Shown piece by piece: positions 52,601 through 64,000 of a stretch of 64,000 nucleotides of DNA. The position numbers and the translations under genes were made by a program. The stretch lies in assembly GCA_964016885.1 (NCBI GenBank), contig OZ024743.1:271560001-271624000 (forward strand). Reading direction: 5' to 3'. The notes beneath the pieces were generated by a model. The model did no database searches, had not been told where the DNA came from, and was given only the letters and a program-made list of their open reading frames with translations. The stretch comes from Eledone cirrhosa. Lineage: Eukaryota. The first letter of the stretch is position 1, and every line of letters starts with the position of its first letter.

Positions 52601-55600
52601 CAATAACAACAGTAATGACAACAACAACAGTAACAGCAATAACAACAGTAACAGCAATAACAACAGTAATGTCAACAACAACAACAGTAACAGCAATAAC
52701 AACAGTAACAGCAATAACAACAGTAATGACAACAACAACAGTAACAGCAATAACAACAGTAACAGCAATAACAACAGTAATGACAACAACAACAGTAACA
52801 GCAATAACAACAGTAATGACAACAACAGTAACAGCAATAACAACAGTAATGACAACAACAACAGTAACAGCAATAATAACAGTAATGACAACAACAGTAA
52901 CAGCAATAATAACAGTAATGACAACAACAATAGTAACAGAAATAATAACAGCAATAACAACAGTAATGACAACAACAACAGTAACAGCAATAACAACAGT
53001 AATGACATCAACAGTAACAGTAATGACAACAACAATAGTAACAGAAATAATAACAACAGCAATGACAACAACAACAGTAACAGCAATAATAACAGTAACA
53101 GCAATAACAACAGTAATGACAACAACAACAGTAACAGCAATAATAACAGTAATGACAACAACAATAGTAACAGCAATAACAACAGTAATGACAACAACAA
53201 CAGTAACAGCAATAACAACAGTAATGACAACAACAGTAACAGCAATAACAACAGTAATGACAACAACAACAGTAACAGCAATAATAACAGTAATGACAAC
53301 AACAGTAACAGCAATAATAACAGTAATGACAACAACAATAGTAACAGAAATAATAACAGTAATGACAACAACAATAGTAACAGCAATAACAACAGTAATG
53401 ACAACAAGAACAGTAACAGCAATAACAACAGTAACAGCAATAACAACAGTAATGACAACAACAACAGTAACAGCAATAACAACAGTAACAGCAATAACAA
53501 CAGTAATGACAACAACAACAACAGTAACAGCAATAACAACAGTAACAGCAATAACAACAGTAATGACAACAACAACAGTAACAGCAATAACAACAGTAAT
53601 GACAACAACAATAGTAACAGCAATAACAACAGTAATGACAACAACAACAGTAACAGCAATAACAACAGTAATGACAACAACAGTAACAGCAATAACAACA
53701 GTAATGACAGCAACAACAGTAACAGCAATAATAACAGTAATGACAACAACAGTAACAGCAATAATAACAGTAATGACAACAACAATAGTAACAGAAATAA
53801 TAACAGTAATGACAACAACAATAGTAACAGCAATAACAACAGTAATGACAACAACAACAGTAACATCAATAACAACAGTAACAGCAATAACAACAGTAAT
53901 GACAACAACAACAACAGTAACAGCAATAACAACAGTAACAGCAATAACAACAGTAATGACAACAACAACAGTAACAGCAATAACAACAGTAATGACAACA
54001 ACAACAGTAACAGCAATAACAACAGTAATGACAACAACAGTAACAGCAATAACAACAGTAATGACAACAACAACAATAACGGCAATAACAACAGTAATGA
54101 CAACAACAGTAACAGCAATAACAACAGTAATGACAACAACAGTAACAGCAATAATAACAGTAATGACAACAACAGTAACAGCAATAACAACAGTAATGAC
54201 AACAACAGTAACAGCAATAACAACAGTAATGACAACAACAGTAACAGCAATAACAACAGTAATGACAACAACAACAGTAACAGTAATGACAAGACCAGTA
54301 ACAGCAATAACAACAGTAATGACAACAACAACAGTAACAGCAATAATAACAGTAATGACAACAACAGCAACAGCAATAATAACAGTAATGACAACAACAA
54401 TAGTAACAGAAATAATAACAGCAATAACAACAGTAATGACAACAACAACAGTAACAGCAATAATAACAGTAATGACAACAACAACAGTAACAGCAATAAT
54501 AACAGTAATGACAACAACAACAGTAACATCAATAACAACAGTAACAGCAATAACAACAGTAATGACAACAACAACAGTAACAGCAATAACAACAGTAACA
54601 GCAATAACAACAGTAATGACAACAACAACAGTAACATCAATAACAACAGTAACAGCAATAACAACAGTAATGACAACAACAACAGTAACAGCAATAACAA
54701 CAGTAACAGCAATAACAACAGTAATGACAACAACAACAGTAACAGCAATAACAACAGTAATGACAACAACAGTAACAGCAATAACAACAGTAATGACAAC
54801 AACATTAACAGCAATAACAACAGTAATGACAACAACAGTAACAGCAATAACAACAGTAATGACAACAACAGTAACAGCAATAACAACAGTAATGACAACA
54901 ACAACAGTAACAGCAATAATAACAGTAATGACAACAACAGTAACAGCAATAACAACAGTAATGACAACAACAACAGTAACAGCAATAACAACAGTAATGA
55001 CATCAACAGTAACAGTAATGACAACAACAATAGTAACAGAAATAATAACAACAGCAATGACAACAACAACAGTAACAGCAATAACAACAGTAACAGCAAT
55101 AACAACAGTAATGACAACAACAACAACAGTAACAGCAATAACAACAGTAACAGCAATAACAACAGTAATGACAACAACAACAACAGTAACAGCAATAACA
55201 ACAGTAACAGCAATAACAACAGTAATGACAACAACAACAGTAACAGCAATAATAACAGTAATGACAACAACAGTAACAGCAATAACAACAGTAATGACAA
55301 CAACAACAATAACTGCAATAACAACAGTAATGACAACAACAGTAACAGCAATAACAACAGTAATGACAATAACAGTAACAGCAATAATAACAGTAATGAC
55401 AACAACAGTAACAGCAATAACAACAGTAATGACAACAACAGTAACAGCAATAACAACAGTAATGACAACAACAGTAACAGCAATAACAACAGTAATGACA
55501 ACAACAATAGTAACAGTAATGACAACACCAGTAACAGCAATAACAACAGTAATGACAACAACAACAGTAACAGCAATAATAACAGTAATGACAACAACAG

Positions 55601-57480
55601 TAACAGCAATAATAACAGTAATGACAACAACAATAGTAACAGAAATAATAACAGCAATAACAACAGTAATGACAACAACAACAGTAACAGCAATAACAAC
55701 AGTAATGACATCAACAGTAACAGTAATGACAACAACAATAGTAACAGAAATAATAACAACAGCAATGACAACAACAACAGTAACAGCAATAACAACAGTA
55801 ATGACAACAACAACAGTAACAGCAATAATAACAGTAATGACAACAACAGTAACAGCAATAATAACAGTAATGACAACAACAATAGTAACAGCAATAACAA
55901 CAGTAATGACAACAACAACAGTAACAGCAATAACAACAGTAATGACAACAACAGTAACAGCAATAACAACAGTAATGACAACAACAACAGTAACAGCAAT
56001 AATAACAGTAATGACAACAACAGTAACAGCAATAATAACTGTAATGACAACAACAATAGTAACAGAAATAATAACAGTAATGACAACAACAATAGTAACA
56101 GCAATAACAACAGTAATGACAACAACAACAGTAACAGCAATAACAACAGTAACAGCAATAACAACAGTAATGACAACAACAACAACAGTAACAGCAATAA
56201 CAACAGTAACAGCAATAACAACAGTAATGACAACAACAACAGTAACAGCAATAACAACAGTAACAGCAATAACAACAGTAATGACAACAACAACAGTAAC
56301 AGCAATAACAACAGTAATGACAACAACAGTAACAGCAATAACAACAGTAATGACAACAACAACAGTAACAGCAATAATAACAGTAATGACAACAACAGTA
56401 ACAGCAATAATAACAGTAATGACAACAACAATAGTAACAGAAATAATAACAGCAATAACAACAGTAATGACAACAACAACAGTAACAGCAATAACAACAG
56501 TAATGACAACAACAAAAGTAACAGCAATAACAACAGTAATGACAACAACAACAGTAACAGCAATAATAACAGTAATGACAACAACAACAGTAACAGCAAT
56601 AATAACAGTAATGACAACAACAGTAACAGCAATAACAACAGTAATGACAACAACAACAGTAACAGCAATAACAACAGTAATGACATCAACAGTAACAGTA
56701 ATGACAACAACAATAGTAACAGAAATAATAACAACAGCAATGACAACAACAACAGTAACAGCAATAACAACAGTAACAGCAATAACAACAGTAATGACAA
56801 CAACAGTAACAGCAATAACAACAGTAATGACAACAACAGTAACAGCAATAACAACAGTAATGACAACAACAACAGTAACAGCAATAATAACAGTAATGAC
56901 AACAACAGTAACAGCAATAATAACAGTAATGACAACAACAATAGTAACAGAAATAATAACAGTAATGACAACAACAATAGTAACAGCAATAACAACAGTA
57001 ATGACAACAAGAACAGTAACAGCAATAACAACAGTAACAGCAATAACAACAGTAATGACAACAACAACAGTAACAGCAATAACAACAGTAACAGCAATAA
57101 CAAAAGTAATGACAACAACAACAACAGTAACAGCAATAACAACAGTAACAGCAATAACAACAGTAATGACAACAACAACAGTAACAGCAATAACAACAGT
57201 AATGACAACAACAATAGTAACAGCAATAACAACAGTAATGACAACAACAACAGTAACAGCAATAACAACAGTAATGACAACAACAGTAACAGCAATAACA
57301 ACAGTAATGACAACAACAACAATAACGGCAATAACAACTGTAATGACAACAACAGTAACAGCAATAACAACAGTAATGACAACAACAGTAACAGCAATAA
57401 TAATAGTAATGACAAGAACAACAGTAACAGCAATAACAACAGTAATGACAACAACAGTAACAGCAATAACAACAGTAATG

Positions 57481-57513
<33 letters not shown>

Positions 57514-60500
57514 GTAACAGCAATAACAACAGTAATGACAACAACAGTAACAGCAATAACAACAGTAATGACAACACCAACAGTAACAGAAATAATAACA
57601 ACAGTAATTACAACAACAACAGTAACAGCAATAACAACAGTAATGACAACAACAGTAACAGCAATAACAACAGTAATGACAACACCAACAGTAACAGAAA
57701 TAATAACAACAGTAATTACAACAACAACAGTAACAGCAATAACAACAGTAATGACAACACCAGTAACAGCAATAACAACAGTAATGACAACAACAGTAAC
57801 AGCAACAACAACAGTAATTACAACAACAACAGTAACAGCAATAACAACAGCAATGACAACAACAACAGTAACAGCAATAACAACAGTAATGACAACAACA
57901 ACAGTAACAGCAATAACAACAGTAATGGCAACAACAGTAACAGCAATAACAACAGTAATGACAACAACAACAATAACGGCAATAACAACAATAATGACAA
58001 CAACAGTAACAGCAATAACAACAGTAATGACAACAACAGTAACAGCAATAATAACAGTAATGACAACAACAGTAACAGCAATAACAACAGTAATGACAAC
58101 AACAGTAACAGCAATAACAACAGTAATGACAACAACAACAGTAACAGTAATGTCAACAACAACAGTAACAGCAATAATAACAGTAATGACAACAACAGTA
58201 ACAGCAATAATAACAGTAATGACAACAACAATAGTAACATAAATAATAACAGCAATAACAACAGTAATGACAACAACAACAGTAACAGCAATAACAACAG
58301 TAATGACAACAACAACAGTAACAGCAATAATAACAGTAATGACAACAACAACAGTAACAGCAATAATAACAGTAATGACAACAACAGTAACAGCAATAAC
58401 AACAGTAATGACAACAACAACAGTAACAGCAATAACAACAGTAATGACATCAACAGTAACAGTAATGACAACAACAATAGTAACAGAAATAATAACAACA
58501 GCAATGACAACAACAACAGTAACAGCAATAACAACAGTAACAGCAATAACAACAGTAATGACAACAACAACAGTAACAGCAATAATAACAGTAATGACAA
58601 CAACAGTAACAGCAATAATAACAGTAATGACAACAACAATAGTAACAGCAATAACAACAGTAATGACAACAACAACAGTAACAGCAATAACAACAGTAAT
58701 GACAACAACAGTAACAGCAATAACAACAGTAATGACAACAACAACAGTAACAGCAATAATAACAGTAATGACAACAACAGTAACAGCAATAATAACAGTA
58801 ATGACAACAACAATAGTAACAGAAATAATAACAGTAATGACAACAACAATAGTAACAGCAATAACAACAGTAATGACAACAACAACAGTAACAGCAATAA
58901 CAACAGTAACAGCAATAACAACAGTAATGACAACAACAACAACAGTAACAGCAATAACAACAGTAACAGCAATAACAACAGTAATGACAAGAACAACAGT
59001 AACAGCAATAACAACAGTAACAGCAATAACAACAGTAATGACAACAACAACAGTAACAGCAATAACAACAGTAATGACAACAACAGTAACAGCAATAACA
59101 ACAGTAATGACAACAACAACAGTAACAGCAATAATAACAGTAATGACAACAACAGTAACAGCAATAATAACAGTAATGACAACAACAATAGTAACAGAAA
59201 TAATAACAGCAATAACAACAGTAATGACAACAACAACAGTAACAGCAATAACAACAGTAATGACAACAACAAAAGTAACAGCAATAACAACAATAATGAC
59301 AACAACAACAGTAACAGCAATAATAACAGTAATGACAACAACAACAGTAACAGCAATAATAACAGTAATGACAACAACAGTAACAGCAATAACAACAGTA
59401 ATGACAACAACAACAGTAACAGCAATAACAACAGTAATGACATCAAAAGTAACAGCAATAACAACAGTAATGACAACAACAGTAACAGCAATAATAACAG
59501 TAATGACAACAACAGTAACAGCAATAATAACAGTAATGACAACAACAGTAACAGCAATAACAACAGTAATGACAACAACAATAGTAACAGAAATAATAAC
59601 AGCAATAACAACAGTAATGACAACAACAGTAACAGCAATAATAACAGTAATGACAACAACAGTAACAGCAATAACAACAGTAATGACAACAACAGTAACA
59701 GCAATAACAACAGTAATGACAACAACAGTAACAGCAATAACAACAGTAATGACAACAACAATAGTAACAGTAATGACAACACCAGTAACATCAATAACAA
59801 CAGTAATGACAACAACAACAGTAACAGCAATAACAACAGTAATGACAACAACAACAGTAACAGCAATAATAACAGTAATGACAACAACAATAGTAACAGA
59901 AATAATAACAACAGCAATGACAACAACAACAGTAACAGCAATAACAACAGTAACAGCAATAACAACAGTAATGACAACAACAACAGTAACAGCAATAATA
60001 ACAGTAATGACAACAACAATAGTAACAGCAATAACAACAGTAATGACAACAACAACAGTAACAGCAATAACAACAGTAATGACAACAACAGTAACAGCAA
60101 TAACAACAGTAATGACAACAACAACAGTAACAGCAATAATAACAGTAATGACAACAACAGTAACAGCAATAATAACAGTAATGACAACAACAATAGTAAC
60201 AGAAATAATAACAGTAATGACAACAACAATAGTAACAGCAATAACAACAGTAATGACAACAAGAACAGTAACAGCAATAACAACAGTAACAGCAATAACA
60301 ACAGTAATGACAACAACAACAGTAACAGCAATAACAACAGTAACAGCAATAACAACAGTAATGACAACAACAACAACAGTAACAGCAATAACAACAGTAA
60401 CAGCAATAACAACAGTAATGACAACAACAACAGTAACAGCAATAACAACAGTAATGACAACAACAATAGTAACAGCAATAACAACAGTAATGACAACAAC

Positions 60501-63219
60501 AACAGTAACAGCAATAACAACAGTAATGACAACAACAGTAACAGCAATAACAACAGTAATGACAGCCACAACAGTAACAGCAATAATAACAGTAATGACA
60601 ACAACAGTAACAGCAATAATAACAGTAATGACAACAACAATAGTAACAGAAATAATAACAGTAATGACAACAACAATAGCAACAGCAATAACAACAGTAA
60701 TGACAACAACAACAGTAACATCAATAACAACGGTAACAGCAATAACAACAGTAATGACAACAACAACAACAGTAACAGCAATAACAACAGTAACAGCAAT
60801 AACAACAGTAATGACAACAACAACAGTAACAGCAATAACAACAGTAATGACAACAACAACAGTAACAGCAATAACAACAGTAATGACAACAACAGTAACA
60901 GCAATAACAACAGTAATGACAACAACAACAATAACAGCAATAACAACAGTAATGACAACAACAGTAACAGCAATAACAACAGTAATGACAACAACAGTAA
61001 CAGCAATAATAACAGTAATGACAACAACAGTAACAGCAATAATAACAGTAATGACAACAACAGTAACAGCAATAACAACAGTAATGACAACAACAATAGT
61101 AACAGAAATAATAACAGCAATAACAACAGTAATGACAACAACAGTAACAGCAATAATAACAGTAATGACAACAACAGTAACAGCAATAACAACAGTAATG
61201 ACAACAACAGTAACAGCAATAACAACAGTAATGACAACAACAGTAACAGCAATAACAACAGTAATGACAACAACAATAGTAACAGTAATGACAACACCAG
61301 TAACATCAATAACAACAGTAATGACAACAACAACAGTAACAGCAATAACAACAGTAATGACAACAACAACAGTAACAGCAATAATAACAGTAATGACAAC
61401 AACAACAGTAACAGCAATAATAACAGTAATGACAACAACAGTAACAGCAATAACAACAGTAATGACAACAACAACAGTAACAGCAATAACAACAGTAATG
61501 TCATCAACAGTAACAGTAATGACAACAACAATAGTAACAGAAATAATAACAACAGCAATGACAACAACAACAGTAACAGCAATAACAACAGTAATGACAA
61601 CAACAACAGTAACAGCAATAATAACAGTAATGACAACAACAGTAACAGCAATAATAACAGTAATGACAACAACAATAGTAACAGCAATAACAACAGTAAT
61701 GACAACAACAACAGTAACAGCAATAACAACAGTAATGACAACAACAGTAACAGCAATAACAACAGTAATGACAACAACAACAGTAACAGCAATAATAACA
61801 GTAATGACAACAACAGTAACAGCAATAATAACTGTAATGACAACAACAATAGTAACAGAAATAATAACAGTAATGACAACAACAATAGTAACAGCAATAA
61901 CAACAGTAATGACAACAACAACAGTAACAGCAATAACAACAGTAACAGCAATAACAACAGTAATGACAACAACAACAACAGTAACAGCAATAACAACAGT
62001 AACAGCAATAACAACAGTAATGACAACAACAACAGTAACAGCAATAACAACAGTAACAGCAATAACAACAGTAATGACAACAACAACAGTAACAGCAATA
62101 ACAACAGTAATGACAACAACAGTAACAGCAATAACAACAGTAATGACAACAACAACAGTAACAGCAATAATAACAGTAATGACAACAACAGTAACAGCAA
62201 TAATAACAGTAATGACAACAACAATAGTAACAGAAATAATAACAGCAATAACAACAGTAATGACAACAACAACAGTAACAGCAATAACAACAGTAATGAC
62301 AACAACAAAAGTAACAGCAATAACAACAGTAATGACAACAACAACAGTAACAGCAATAATAACAGTAATGACAACAACAACAGTAACAGCAATAATAACA
62401 GTAATGACAACAACAGTAACAGCAATAACAACAGTAATGACAACAACAACAGTAACAGCAATAACAACAGTAATGACATCAACAGTAACAGTAATGACAA
62501 CAACAATAGTAACAGAAATAATAACAACAGCAATGACAACAACAACAGTAACAGCAATAACAACAGTAACAGCAATAACAACAGTAATGACAACAACAGT
62601 AACAGCAATAACAACAGTAATGACAACAACAACAGTAACAGCAATAATAACAGTAATGACAACAACAGTAACAGCAATAATAACAGTAATGACAACAACA
62701 ATAGTAACAGAAATAATAACAGTAATGACAACAACAATAGTAACAGCAATAACAACAGTAATGACAACAAGAACAGTAACAGCAATAACAACAGTAACAG
62801 CAATAACAACAGTAATGACAACAACAACAGTAACAGCAATAACAACAGTAACAGCAATAACAAAAGTAATGACAACAACAACAACAGTAACAGCAATAAC
62901 AACAGTAACAGCAATAACAACAGTAATGACAACAACAACAGTAACAGCAATAACAACAGTAATGACAACAACAATAGTAACAGCAATAACAACAGTAATG
63001 ACAACAACAACAGTAACAGCAATAACAACAGTAATGACAACAACAGTAACAGCAATAACAACAGTAATGACAACAACAACAATAACGGCAATAACAACAG
63101 CAATAACAACAGTAATGACAACAACAGTAACAGCAATAATAATAGTAATGACAAGAACAACAGTAACAGCAATAACAACAGTAATGACAACAACAGTAAC
63201 AGCAATAACAACAGTAATG

Positions 63220-63252
<33 letters not shown>

Positions 63253-64000
63253 GTAACAGCAATAACAACAGTAATGACAACAACAGTAACAGCAATAACA
63301 ACAGTAATGACAACACCAACAGTAACAGAAATAATAACAACAGTAATTACAACAACAACAGTAACAGCAATAACAACAGTAATGACAACAACAGTAACAG
63401 CAATAACAACAGTAATGACAACACCAACAGTTACAGAAATAATAACAACAGTAATTACAACAACAACAGTAACAGCAATAACAACAGTAATGACAACACC
63501 AGTAACAGCAATAACAACAGTAATGACAACAACAGTAACAGCAACAACAACAGTAATTACAACAACAACAGTAACAGCAATAACAACAGCAATGACAACA
63601 ACAACAGTAACAGCAATAACAACAGTAATGACAACAACAACAGTAACAGCAATAACAACAGTAATGGCAACAACAGTAACAGCAATAACAACAGTAATGA
63701 CAACAACAACAATAACGGCAATAACAACAATAATGACAACAACAGTAACAGCAATAACAACAGTAATGACAACAACAGTAACAGCAATAATAACAGTAAT
63801 GACAACAACAGTAACAGCAATAACAACAGTAATGACAACAACAGTAACAGCAATAACAACAGTAATGACAACAACAACAGTAACAGCAATAATAACAGTA
63901 ATGACAACAACAGTAACAGCAATAATAACAGTAATGACAACAACAATAGTAACAGCAATAACAACAGTAATGACAACAACAACAGTAACAGCAATAACAA
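46638..64000. repeat. Compound triplet minisatellite, 33/36-bp unit GTA ACA GCA ATA ACA ACA GTA ATG (ACA)3-4; >17 kb, continues past right edge
   Basis: Built almost only from ACA/GTA/ATA/GCA/ATG triplets; unit length varies in steps of 3; left edge (46638-46800) more degenerate. Confidence 0.98.

Noticed and set aside
46566-64000. Giant poly-Val/Ile, poly-Leu and Thr-rich ORFs as genuine genes or as the PKD1L mucin-like region
   Set aside because: Expected by-products of a triplet repeat lacking stops; the Thr-rich frame is antisense to the PKD gene and the position is within the PLAT-coding interval.

Overview
Eukaryotic, AT-rich, repeat-dense DNA. The SINE, RTE-tail and piggyBac-MITE repeats resemble those of octopus/cephalopod genomes (organism is an inference). 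The window appears to lie entirely inside one minus-strand polycystin-1-family (PKD1L/REJ-type) gene. Six phase-compatible GT-AG exons (45885-45731, 38207-37562, 36463-36349, 34269-34031, 33559-33385, 32340-32257; 1414 nt, ~471 aa) encode most of the PLAT domain, TM2-TM6 and the first half of the TOP domain. The missing 5' and 3' exons were not found, so the two giant tandem arrays are probably intronic: a >30.8 kb array of a 59-bp satellite with nested higher-order repeats (1-30809) and a >17 kb compound triplet array (46638-64000) that produces the huge low-complexity ORFs. The introns also contain a full-length decayed Ty3/Gypsy element (40705-45182; LTRs, PBS, PPT, 5-bp TSD), SINEs, RTE-LINE tails, a Penelope GIY-YIG relic, MITEs, and fold-back elements whose loops look like tRNA fragments. 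All calls are from reading the sequence; no searches were run.
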